A DNA stretch of 64,000 bases from Octopus sinensis (taxonomy: Eukaryota), in NCBI RefSeq assembly GCF_006345805.1, contig NC_043024.1, forward strand, positions 8,308,001 through 8,372,000, given 5' to 3'. A program made the position numbers and the translations under genes. Positions 12,717-24,279 of this stretch are shown here, one piece after another. The notes beneath the pieces are model-generated. The model had not been told where the DNA came from and did no database searches. It saw only the letters and a program-made list of their open reading frames with translations. The stretch's first letter is position 1; each line of letters begins with the position of its first letter.

Positions 12717-13483
12717 AAAAAGTTTGTAAGTCCTTAGCAGAAGTGAAAAGCCACATCTGGGCTGTTTGCGTTTAAGAGAACAATTAAGCGAGGTCCATTA
12801 CTTGAAATCGTTTTGCAGCCGCCATACGTATGTACAGAATAGTAAAAAATAAAGTAGATCACTTAAAAAATAGGACTAGTGCAAATAAGAAAGAAATCTA
12901 GTACAGCCTGTCTTGTACAAATGGTTTGGGAAATTTTTTCACGGGTGTTTCGCTAGAAGTCATTGAACAGCAACCGTGCTGGGCAACTGTCTTGGAATTT
13001 TCAGTGAGTCGAACAAATCGACACCAGTATTTTTTTTTAAATCCTATTCATCTCTTTTTATCAGACGACTAAATAACGAGGTCGTAAACAAACCAACGTC
13101 AGCTGTCAAGCGTTAGTATGGGACAAACAAGGAGATACCCACAATATATATATATATATATATATATGTAAATGTAAAAAAATACAAACTGAGACAAGAA
13201 CGTGAAACATTTAGAAGACGATACAAAAAACACGGACGGGACATTCGAAGCCTTCAATCTTCAGTCAAGAACCGGATCATCTTCGCAATTTCGGCTGATT
13301 AATCTTGAGATTGCTCCGATCTGGCCAGCCCCAAAGGAAAATCTAAGCCAAGCGCATTAGATTCCTTGGAAGAAAGCCTCGAATGTATACAAAACAAGGA
13401 CGGAAAAACGGACGATGTTACACGAGTAAATATATATATATATATATATATACACCCACACCCACAATATATATATATACACC

Positions 13484-13533
<50 letters not shown>

Positions 13534-13544
13534 TATATATTCTT

Positions 13545-14040
13545 TTATTTGTATCAGTCATTTGACTCCGGCCATGCTGGATCACTGCATTTCGTCGAGC
13601 AAATCGACCCCAGGACTTATTCTTTTGTAAGCCCAGTACTTATTCTATCGGTCTCTTTTGCCGAACTGCTATGTTTCGGGGACGTAAACACATCAACATC
13701 GGTTGTCAAGCGATGGACGGGGAGGACAAACACACAAATATATACACAAATTATATATATATATATATATACTTTATTTAAAGCAGCAGAAAATTCAACA
13801 AAATCTGTTACTCTGAGTTTCTCGTTGCCGTTCATCAGACAGTTTTTGCTATAATATATATATATATATATATATACGACAGGCTTCTCTCAGTTTCCGT
13901 CTACCAGATCCTCTCACAAGGCTTTGGTAGGCCCGAGGCTATAGTAGGAGACACTTATCGAAGACGAAACGCAATGGGACTGAACCCGAAACCGTGTGGT
14001 TAGGAAGCAACCGTTTTATCACACATCCACGTCTGCGCCT
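13545..14040 (-). mobile_element. SINE family 1 copy with a hammerhead-bearing repeat inserted in its central (TA)n
   Basis: SINE tail 13545-13735 and head 13875-14040 separated by the family A repeat at about 13770-13850. Confidence 0.78.
13805..13842 (-). ncRNA. Minimal type I hammerhead ribozyme motif (family A)
   Basis: Minus strand CTGT-CTGATGA-ACG-GCAA-CGA-GAAA-CTC-A-GAG-T-A-ACAG: stem I CTGT/ACAG, canonical core, GNRA-capped stem II (A-A mismatch at base), stem III with 1-nt loop. Confidence 0.8.
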
Positions 14041-14189
14041 CTTTGTGTCAAACGGTAAGTTTTAAAACTTATCGTTCGACACAAACGATGTTTGTGTGTT
14101 TGTGATAGTGTGACGCAAGCAAACACTAATTGTTTCAAAAGCTATTGATTAAAGGAGAAGAAAAAAAAAGGGGGGAAGATAACAGAATA

Positions 14190-14597
14190 GGCGCAGGAGT
14201 GGCTGTGTGGTAAGTAGCTTGCTAACCAACCACATGGTTCCGGGTTCAGTCCCACTGCATGGCATCTTGGGCAAGTGTCTTCTGCTATAGCCCCGGGCCG
14301 ACCAATGCCTTGTGAGTGGATTTGGTAGACGGAAACTGAAAGAAGCCTGTCGTATATATGTATATATATATGTATGTGTGTGTATATGTTTGTGTGTCTG
14401 TGTTTGTCCCCCTAGGATTGCTTGACAACCGATGCTGGTGTGTTTACGTCCCCCGTTACTTAGCGGTTCGGCAAAAGTGACCGATAGAATAAGTACTAGG
14501 CTTACTAAGAATATGTCCTGGGGTCGATTTGATCGACTAAAGGCGGTGCTCCAGCATGGCCACAGTCAAATGACTGAAACAAGTAAAAGAGTAAAGA
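14190..14597 (+). mobile_element. SINE family 1 full-length copy
   Basis: GGCGCAGGAGTGGC head through AAAAGAGTAAAGAG tail. Confidence 0.85.
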
Positions 14598-14756
14598 GAA
14601 TATTTAGAATTACTTGTTTTGGTGGTAAAGTGACAGAATCCGCAAAATGTTTTAGCACAATTAAGAACATTTGTGTTCGTGCCTGCCAATTTTTTCTTTC
14701 TCATATTAAACTCCATATATAATCGTAATCTACATCATCTGAAAGGTATACTCTTT

Positions 14757-15180
14757 GCTCTCTTTTTTACTCTTTTACTTGTTTCAGTCATTTGACTGCG
14801 GCCATGCTGGAGCACCGCCTTTTAGTCGAGCAACTCGACCCCGGGACTTATTCTTTTGTAAGCCCAGTACTTATTCTATCGGTCTCTTTCTGCTGAACCG
14901 CTAAGTAACGGGGACATAAACACACCAGCATCGGTTGTCAAGCAATGCTAGGGGGACAAACACAGACACACAAACACGCATACACACACATACACACACA
15001 CATATATATATATACATATATACGACGGGCTTTTTTTTCAGTTTCCGTCTACCAAATCCACTCACAAGGCTTTGGTGGGCCCGAGGCTATAGTAGAAGAC
15101 ACTTGCCCAAGGTGCCACGCAGTGGGACTGAACCCGGAACCATGTGGTTGGTAGGCAAGCTACTTACCACACAGCCACTC
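14757..15180 (-). mobile_element. SINE family 1 full-length copy, inverted relative to 14190-14597
   Basis: Reverse complement of the neighbouring copy. Confidence 0.85.
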
Positions 15181-15706
15181 GAAAATTTCATTAAAATTTA
15201 CCCATCTTTCTAAAAGTTACGAGGAAACAAAGTCAAAGAGGCACACTTTTGTAAGTATAAGCAAACCTACACAAATGTGTCACACTGAATTTGTTTCTTC
15301 ATAACGTAAGAAAAAAAAAAAAACGGGTGGGTGTTCGGGTATTTTTTAATGAAATCTACAAACACGCTAGTGTAGATTTTAACTGTATCGGAATTTGTAA
15401 TGAAATAAGTTTTTCGAAGGCGGGGAGAGAAGGTTTCGAAAAATTCACACGAGTTGGCTTTGACTCTTCGTAACTTTCAGGAAAACAGATATTTTTTGAT
15501 GAAATTTTCTACAAATGTCTTTCCTAGGGTGTGAATTATGATGGTATCAGAATTTGATTTCAAAATTAAAAATTAAAAAATTGGTAGGCTCGCACACATA
15601 CATACATACTGACACACATCACAACAATCTAGCATAGCTATTAAAGATACGACAGGTGCGTTATTAATAATCTGGATTAAGAACAATTATCAGGTATTCA
15701 ACTTAC

Positions 15707-16247
15707 TGGTGCAGTATAAGGAGAAGGAATTCACAGGTTGGATAGCTGCTAGTGATGAAATGTTGACTATTATACATTTGCTGTTGTCGTCAAAGAGTTC
15801 CAGACATTTGGTATTCAAAGCAATCATTCCACTTACGTTGACGTTGAAATGAGAACTGATTTCATCGAAGTCCCCGAACTGTGAAGATTTCTTGGAGATA
15901 TCGCCCAGGGTACCACTGTTGTGAATCAGTAAATACTTGTGGAAATGTTGTTGGAGTTTATTTAGCTGTGCTCGAATATCTTCGAATAGTTTCGTTGCGA
16001 CATCTGCAGAGAATTGGCCCTGGTCGAAGTAAAACGGAAGTATGTGATCGGGGGAAAGATTGGAGATCTGTAGCATTTCTTCTTTGACAGCTTCTAAATC
16101 GTCCATCGATCGAGCTAGGAGGATGAAAACCGAGTTGGATTTGAACGTTTGACTCAATGCCACGGCCAAACACTGTCCCAAACCACGACTGGCTCCAGTC
16201 AACACACAAAGCACCGACGTATCTTTCGCGGGGGGATTTCCAGACAT
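15707..16247 (-). CDS. SPR: Sepiapterin reductase, coding exon 1 (aa 1-180, phase-1 donor)
   Basis: ORF MSGNPPAKDTSVLCVLTGASRGLG...LIHNSGTLGD...VNISSLAAIQP...SLYCT: SDR TGxxxGxG motif, NxGxLGD motif, catalytic Ser and Tyr. Ends at GTAAGT donor (plus-strand acttac 15701-15706). 541 nt. Confidence 0.96.
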
Positions 16248-16587
16248 CTTTTGTTAATGGTTTGTTACGGGAAATCGAAGAATAAATCTATCTAGACAAA
16301 AATTTGCGTGTGTGTGTGTGTGTACGATCCTATTGAATAAAATGCAAGGCAGTGATTCAGTAGCGACTGAAGAAAGAGATTACACGGAACCACGACAGAG
16401 AAGCGAGTTCACACAAACTAATGTGGGAGAATAGAACATACAGAAAATCCAAGGGGGGATAACTGCAATTGACTATTTTTTTTTTATTTCTTTAATTATG
16501 AAAATTCATTTACGTTTCCATGACTACACATTATAATATTATCATGTGATGGACGAAAATGCTTGGGAGTAGAGTTCAAATTCTAAT

Positions 16588-16632
16588 GTGGGCGTAACTT
16601 CGGTATAGGTACCGGATACATTTCAAGAAAGT

Positions 16633-16668
<36 letters not shown>

Positions 16669-16843
16669 GGAGGGGTTAGGGTTAAGGTTTGTGTTAGGGT
16701 TAGGGTTGGGGTTAGGGTTTGTGTTAGGGTTAGGGTTAAGGTTTGGGTTAGGGTTAGGGTTAGGGGTGGGTGAAAAGGGTTTCTGTTATCTTCAGAAATG
16801 TAAAAAGCCACTTACGGTACCTATACCGAAGGATCGCCTCCAC
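16588..16843. mobile_element. Short TIR element containing telomere-like (TTAGGG)n
   Basis: CTTCGGTATAGGTACCG / CGGTACCTATACCGAAG inverted repeat enclosing (TA)n and degenerate TTAGGG repeats at about 16670-16765. Confidence 0.7.
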
Positions 16844-17043
16844 CAAAGTTCAAAATCTGTTATATTCCAAACTTCCTCCATTTTCTGGTTTTTGCATATT
16901 AACAACATACTTACACAGGTGCCCGCCCCCCTCATCTCAAATTTGTTTCCTCATAACTTTCTGAAAAATGGATATTTTTCTTTTCATGAAAATTTCCTAT
17001 AAATACCTTTCAGAGGGTGTAGATTATTATAATATCAGAATTT

Positions 17044-17625
17044 AGCACGCCGGGCGAAATGCGTAGCCGTATTTCGTCTGCCGTTACGTTCTGAGTTCTA
17101 ATTCCGCCGAGGTCGACTTTGTTTTTCATCCTTTCGGGGGTCGATAAATAAAGTACCAGTTACGCACTGGGGTCGATATAATCGGCTTAATCCGTTTGTC
17201 TGTCTTTGTTTGTCTTCTCTGTGTTTAACCCCTTGTGGGTAGTAAAGAAATAGGTATTTCGTCTGCCGCTACGTTCTGAGTTCAAAATCCGCCGAGGTCG
17301 ACTTTGTCTTTCATCCTTTCGGGGTCGATTAAATAAGTACCAGTTACGCACTGGGGTCGATCGATATAATCGACTTAATCCGTTTGTCTGTCCTTGTTTG
17401 TCCCCTCTAAGTTTAGCCCCTTGTGGGTACTAAAGAAATAGGTATTTCGTCTGCCGTTACGTTGTGAGTTCAAATTCCGCCGAGGTCGACTTTGCCTTTC
17501 ATCCTTTCGGGGGTCGATAAATAAAGTACCAGTTGCGCACTGGGGTCGATGTGATCGACTTAATCCGTTTGTCTGTCTTTTTTTGTCCCCTCTATGTTTA
17601 GCCCCTTGTGGGCAATAAAGAAATA
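17044..17625 (+). mobile_element. Trimeric Meta-domain-like SINE with 19-bp TSD
   Basis: Three ~185-bp units; TATTATAATATC(A/G)GAATTT at 17025-17043 and 17626-17644. Confidence 0.85.
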
Positions 17626-17736
17626 TATTATAATATCGGAATTTAATGGGGGGGGAAAAAATAGTTGGGCGCGCACACATACATTCTGAACCGCATCACA
17701 ATTTTTTTTTTTAATTTCAAGTTCCATTTTGTGTGT

Positions 17737-17784
<48 letters not shown>

Positions 17785-18059
17785 TATATATATGTAACGT
17801 GTGTCAGTATGTAATGTATGCACAACCACCATTCCGTTTTCAACATTCAATTCCAATTTAATAATAATCTACACCATCTGAAAGATATTTGTAGAAGATT
17901 TTATTAAAAATCATCAATTTTTCTGAAAGATATGAGGAAACAAAGTCAGCACTCCCAACTCTACGAAAACAATTTTTCCAGCAAATTAAGATACAATCGT
18001 AATGTAATGTGCATCGCGTGAAAACATTTGTAGAAAATTTCATTAAAAAAGTATACATC

Positions 18060-18173
18060 TTATTTATTTATATCATCATCATCATCATCACCATCACCAT
18101 CATCATCATCATCATCATCATTATTATTATCATCACCGTTCTTCTTCTTTTCTTCTTCTTCTTCTTCTTCTTC

Positions 18174-18229
<56 letters not shown>

Positions 18230-18281
18230 GAGTGAGAGAGCAGTTCATGCCATCAAAGTGACACTGGGGTAAAATATTATT

Positions 18282-18337
<56 letters not shown>

Positions 18338-18414
18338 CATCATCATTATTATAATTATTATCATCATTATTATTATTATTATTATCATCATCCTTATCAT
18401 CATCATCATCATCA

Positions 18415-18445
<31 letters not shown>

Positions 18446-18461
18446 CATCATTATTATAATT

Positions 18462-18508
<47 letters not shown>

Positions 18509-18595
18509 TATTATTATTATAACTTTCGTCCTGTGTTTTAACTGATTTTTGTTAGCCCTTGTGGCCAATAAACGAATTAATCATTATTATTATTA
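18060..18595. repeat. Compound (ATC)/(TTC)/(ATT) microsatellite
   Basis: Direct inspection. Confidence 0.95.
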
Positions 18596-18847
18596 TTTGT
18601 TTCTGAAATTATGAGGAAGCTAATTTGGGTGGGTAGACACTGTGGCGTAGATAAACTTGAGCTAACACCAACGATCTAGTTGCTTTCACATCTAGCTGTT
18701 CACACAAACACACAAACACGTACGCGCGCACATTTACATGCATTCACACGTTCACACGTACACACTCTTACACACGCACATATTCCTCTACGCGGTTAGT
18801 ACCTACCATCTTCCTTCATTCCTTCTTAACCTGTCACATGAAGATGT

Positions 18848-19286
18848 GGCAATCTTTCGTCTCTAGTAGACCTTTCCGTCGATTTCCGTAAAAATTTTTT
18901 TTTTTTTTTACATATGGGCTTGCGGGAACGTTTGAAGTAATGAGAGCGAAAGAGACTAAGAGAAAGCGATTGTATGACGAGGGAAGTTCTTTTGAAGTTA
19001 CCGTGCATGGGAAGCATTGATGTACATGTGTGTGTATGTGTGTGTGTGTGTTTGATGGGGTGTGGGAGACAGACAGTATGTTGTGTAAGTGAAGTGCTTC
19101 TGTTAGTGTGTGCGAAGAGACAGAGAGAGTAATGTGTGAAAGAAAGAGATAACTGAAATTTTTTACTCGGTGTATGTGTATATGTATGTATATTACTTCA
19201 AAAGTTCCCGCAAGCCCATATGTAAAAAAAAAAAAAAATTTTTTACGGAAATCGACGGAAAGGTCTACTAGAGACGAAAGATCGCC
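18848..19286. mobile_element. Fold-back element with ~95-bp TIRs
   Basis: Arms 18848-18941 and 19192-19286 differ at about 3 positions; 15-bp direct repeat immediately outside. Confidence 0.85.
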
Positions 19287-19581
19287 GTCACATGTAGATG
19301 TCATCATCTAGAAGCAACTTCAAAAAAAAAAAAAACTCTCACTTATGACATACGCTATACAGAGATGTTGAGACGCATTCTTCGCCGAGAACATGATAAC
19401 CTAAGCGTTTTCGTTCCGTCGCTACACATGGCAAAGAACTAGTTCTTTTCTCTTTCTTTTTCGTTTCTGTTTTGTTTTGTTTTTAACCCTCTTACGAAAA
19501 AAACCTCATGCATTTCGTAAGTTTCAAAGGCGCTACGGCTCACGTGGCGAAGATGTAAACGGAACAACCCTTCCCCACTTA

Positions 19582-19996
19582 GGCGGCGAGCTGGCAGAAA
19601 CGTTAGCACGCCGGGCGAAATGCGTAGCCGTATTTCGTCTGTCGTTACGTTCTGAGTTCTAATTCCGCCGAGGTCGACTTTCTCTTTCATCCTTTCGGGG
19701 TCGATTAAATAAGTACCAGTTACGCACTGGAGTCGATATAATCGACTTAATCCGTTTGTCTGTCCTTGTTTGTCCCCTCTGTGTTTAGCCCCTTGTGGGT
19801 AGTAAAGAAATAGGTATTTCGGCTGCCGCTACGTTCTGAGTTCAAATTCCTCTGAGGTCAACTTTGCCTTTCATCCTTTCGGGATCGATTAAGTAAGTAC
19901 CAGTTACGCACTGGGGTCGATGTAATCGACTTAATCCATTTGTCTGTCCTTGTTTGTCCCCTCTGTGTGTGGCCCCTTGTGGGTAGTAAAGAAATA
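19582..19996 (+). mobile_element. Dimeric Meta-domain-like SINE
   Basis: GGCGGCGAGCTGGCAGAAACG head plus two units. Confidence 0.82.
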
Positions 19997-21374
19997 TACT
20001 TTAATTTTTTTTTTTTTTCACGTTTTAAGCAATGTAGATTCCGATTCTGAAAAAAAAAATTTCAAAAATCGCAACTTCAAACTTTCGATTCCCCCACCAC
20101 CACCATCATTTCTTCATTTTTCACGTTTTCTGGATATTTTTTTTTTTTTTTTTTTTGCGAAATACGTACAAAAATACGGAGATTGTGATTCTGAAAAAAA
20201 TTTGTTTGTAAAATTTCAATTTTTCAAAAAACAAAAGAAAATGGTTTAGGAGTGGCTGTGTGGTAAGTAGCTTGCTTACGAACCACATGATTCCGGGTTC
20301 AGTCCCATTGCGTGGCACCTTGGGCAAGTGGGATTTTTTCTGTTTGAACGGCAGTTTTTTCTAGCGGTGTCATATGAAATTGTCACCCATAATTATGACC
20401 CTGTACTGCCACGTCACTGACTGCACACATTCTGGCACACAAAGCGACACCGCTATTCAGACTCACTTGAATAAATATCTGTCCCGCATACACTTCAATG
20501 ATCCTCTCTCCTGATATGCTAAATCTTTCCTCAGCCACGCATTTCTTTCTCTTCCTTGATCGTTCGTTTCCTTTCCTCGGAACCCCTCAGGATGGGGAGT
20601 GATGTAGTGGCTTCATGCAGGCATAATGTGAATTCAATCCTCAATCGCCAAATTTCACTCAACAGTTCAACACCACTTTTCTCACGGTAAAACAATAGTT
20701 TTTCTGTGAGTGACAGCAGTTACATTTGCCAGATGACTTCTCTAAGCCCGGAATAATGTTTTTGCCACTTGACCCTTCAAACTTCTAGGCCACCAAAAGT
20801 TACAATTGTGATAACAAGTACCACCACCAACGAAATCTATTGTTCTCAACAATATGTCTCTCTTTCTCGCTATCTTGTGATAGTTATATACACGGAAAAT
20901 TCAGCTGGTCAGAACGGAAAAGAAGGAAAAAACGAAAATTATGCGGAAAAAAGCTATCTATAAAAAAAGGTGGGGGAGGAAAAAGAAACCCATCGGGTTG
21001 AACACAAACCCGGAAAAACTTTATATCATCATTAAGTTTTAACCAATTTTAATTCTTTCGATTTCATTGTGTTCGGTTTTTCATTCCGATTTAATCATTA
21101 TATAACCCCAGTTCTTAAATGTTTTTGTTTTGTCCTTGTGTTGTCCCCTCTATGTTATAGCCCTTTTTGGCAATAAAAGAAATTAGTGAGAGCGACTATC
21201 AGATAGTGTACAGAGACCATCGAGAGTCATGGCCACAAGTAGGCAGTCCTTAAAGACAAATGGCCAGAGAGAGAAAGAAGGTTTACAACCAGCCAACTAT
21301 GAGATAGAAATTCCCTCAACTCTATAACTTTCACTGGCTCAATTTCTTTTGACATGTGCCAGCGCCACCCCGAC

Positions 21375-21727
21375 GGGCCTCCGTGCCGGTGGCACATAAA
21401 AAGCACCATCTGATCGTGGCCGTTTGCCAGCCCCATCTGGCACCTGTGCCGGTGGCACGTAAAAAGCACCATCCGATCATGGCCGTTTGCCAGCCCCGCC
21501 TGGCCCCCATGCCGGTGGCATGTAAAAAGCACCATCCGATCGTGGCCGTCTGCCAGCCTCGTCTGGCACGTAAAAAGCACCCACTACACTCACGGAGTGG
21601 TTGGCATTAGGAAGGGCATCCAGCCATAGAAACATTGCCAGATCAGACTAGGCCTGGTGCAGCCTTCTGGCTTCCCAGACGCCAGTTGAACCGTCCAACC
21701 CATGCCAGCATGGAAAGCGGACGCTAA

Positions 21728-21759
<32 letters not shown>

Positions 21760-21760
21760 C
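21375..21760 (+). mobile_element. SINE family 4 (RTE-like tail, ~60-bp internal tandem units, (GAT)n end)
   Basis: GTGCCGGTGGCAC units, GGCATTAGGAAGGGCATCCAGC, (GAT)n tail. Confidence 0.72.
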
Positions 21761-22050
21761 TAACTACCATTATCTATGGTTTACTACTACAATAAGAACA
21801 TGTCCACACATACAGGTTGAAGTTAACTTTCTTAACCGCGAATGCTCTTTCAATTATTTCACACCTGCCCGTCAAGACATGGCATATTAATTTAACGGTA
21901 AATACATATTTCTTTACAACTTCGACCACTGTTCTTCTATCATCTTGCACATCTGCAACAGCAACACCCGTTACAATCTCTAACTGCCAACTCCAACACA
22001 TATAATATCATACTGCTACAATTGGAGACCCTCAGTATTTTCTACTGATC

Positions 22051-22465
22051 ATTCATTCATTGTTTGACTGTAGTCGAGACAATGGAATTTACTATGTTAC
22101 GCCAGACTTCACGGTCCATCATAGCATTACGGAGGTCCCGTTGCTGGATGCCTGTATCCCTGGATATTACATCAGGGTAGGAGAGTGTGCGCCCTCTGGT
22201 ATCGCGAGCAGATGGCTTCCAAAGGAGAAGAGTAGAAATTACCTCGTTTTCAGCTCTACAACAATGTCCAGCAAACTGGACTCTCCTACCTTTCACAAGA
22301 GATGACACAGGTGGTAGTTTCCCATATATTTGCATTTTGGTTGGATGAGGCTTTCATGAGAGATTTTGAGCTCTCATAAGGAGGTGAGTGTAAGTTCCAT
22401 CCAACCGCCTCTCAAGCTTCTTTGATAACGTCCAGGTTTCTGAGCCATATAGTAGAATTGGTTCG
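22051..22465 (-). mobile_element. RTE-clade LINE 3' fragment
   Basis: ORF ...RRVQFAGHCCRAENE...TLSYPDVISRDTG...DREVWR; near-identical to 23870-24265 and 54745-55140. Confidence 0.8.
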
Positions 22466-22489
22466 ACTGTGTATATATATATATATACG

Positions 22490-23850
22490 ATTGGATGGTG
22501 TTTGGCACATGACAAACACCATCCGATCGTGGCCGTTCGCCAGCCTCATCTAGCACCTGTGTCGGTGGCACATAAAAACACCATCCGAAGACCCGGCAAG
22601 ACTAGTCAGGCCATAACCCATGACCCCTACCTGGGACGTAGTCAGTCCACCTGTGCATACCTTCCTTCTTGTGACACTTGTGAAGACCTGTTGAGGCAAG
22701 TGAAAATCAAAATCAAAATCAAAACAAATCAAAATAGATGAACATCAATGGAATCTGTATCTTTGTGGTACCAGTGCCGGTGGCACACAAGAGAACCATC
22801 CGAACGTGGCCGTAGCCAGTTCCGCATCGACCGGCCTCCGTGCTGTGGGCACGTAACAAACACCATCCGATCATGGCCGTTCGCCAGCCTCATCTGGCAC
22901 CTGTGTCGGTGGCACATAAAAACACCTTCCGAAGACCCGGCAAGACTAGTCAGTCCACCTGTGCATACCTTCCTCTTGTGACACCTGTGAAGACCGGTTG
23001 AGGCAAGTGAAAATCAAATCAAATCAAATCAAATCAAAATAGACAAAATAGATGAACATCAATGGAATTTGTATCTTGTGGTACCAGTGCCTGTGGCACA
23101 CAAGAAATCCATCAGTGCTGTAGTCAGTGCGGTGGGCACATGACAAACCCCATCCGATCGTGGCCGTTCGCCAGCCTCATCTAGCACCTGTGTCGGTGGC
23201 ACATAAAAACACCATCCGAAGACCCGGCAAGACTAGTCAGGCCATAACCCATGGCCCCTACCTGGGACGTAGTCAGTCCACCTGTGCATACCTTCCTTCT
23301 TGTGACACTTGTGAAGACCTGTTGAGGCAAGTGAAAATCAAATCAAATCAAAACAAATCAAAATAGATGAACATCAATGGAATTTGTATCTTTGTGGTAC
23401 CAGTGCCGGTGGCACGTGGCACATAAGAAAACCATCCGAACGTGGCCGTCTGCCAGCCTCGTCTGGCACCTGTGTCGGTGGCACATAAAAACACCATCCG
23501 ATCGTGGCCATTTTGCCAGCCTCATCTGGCACCTGTGTCGGTGGCACATAAAAACACCATCCGAGCGTGGCCGTCTGCCAGCCTCGTCTGGCACCTGTGT
23601 CGGTGGCACATAAAAAACACCATCCGAGCGTGGCCGTTTGCCAGCCTCGTCTGGCACCTGTGTCGGTGGCACATAAAATCACCCACTACACTCTCGGAGT
23701 GGTTGGCGTTAGGAAGGGCATCCAGCTGTAGAAACACTGCCAGATCTGACTGGACTGGTGCAGCTTTCGGGCTCCCCAGACCCCAGTTGAACCGTCCAGC
23801 CCATGCTAGCATGGAAAGCGGACGTTAAATGATGATGATGATGATGATGA
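22490..23850 (+). mobile_element. Expanded SINE family 4 array with higher-order repeat
   Basis: About 10 ~60-bp units interleaved with three ~170-200-bp blocks ending (AAATC)n; single 3' tail at 23690-23850. Confidence 0.72.
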
Positions 23851-23869
23851 TATATATATACAATCACCA

Positions 23870-24265
23870 TCATTGTTCGACCATGGTCGAGACAACGGAA
23901 TTTACTATGTTACGCCAGACTTCACGGTCCATCATAGCATTACGGAGGTCCCCTTGCTGGATGCCTGTATCCCTGGAGATTACATCAGGGTAGGAGAGTG
24001 TGTGCCCTCTGGTATCACGAGCAGATGGCTTCCAGAGGAGAAGAGTAGAAATTGCCTTGTTTTGAGCTCTACAACAATGTCCAGCATACTGGACTCTCCT
24101 ACCTTTCACAAGAGATGATACAGGTGATATTTGTACTTTGGATGGATGACGCTTCCACGAGAGATTTTGAGCTCTCATAAGGAGGCGAGTGTAGGTTCCA
24201 TCCAACTGCCTCTCAAGCTTCTTTGATAATGTCCAGGTTTCTGAGCCATATAGTAGAATTGGTTC
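23870..24265 (-). mobile_element. RTE-clade LINE 3' fragment
   Basis: ORF DGTYTRLLMRAQNLSWKRHP...STMVEQ* with (TGA)n-type tail. Confidence 0.8.
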
Positions 24266-24279
24266 TACAATTCTACTGA

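Noticed and set aside
13235-13345. Additional hammerhead on the minus strand (CTGAAGA...GAAT GTC; GGCTG...CAGCC GAAA)
   Set aside because: No stem I pairing around the CTGAAGA core, and no core ahead of the GGCTG/CAGCC stem; a family consensus would be needed.
16670-16765. True telomere or chromosome fusion site
   Set aside because: Short, degenerate, single orientation, enclosed by a TIR pair.
20403-20790. Transposase remnant next to the MITE end at 20330-20402
   Set aside because: The frames I translated contain stops and no recognisable motif.
21400-21460. HDV-like ribozyme in the 60-bp SINE unit (GGCCG...CCAGCCTCGTCTGGC...GCCGG)
   Set aside because: Superficial word similarity only; I could build just about 4 bp of P1 and no P2 or J4/2.
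22490-23690. CRISPR-like repeat-spacer array
   Set aside because: Spacers are copies of each other, units are SINE-internal, no cas genes, eukaryotic context.
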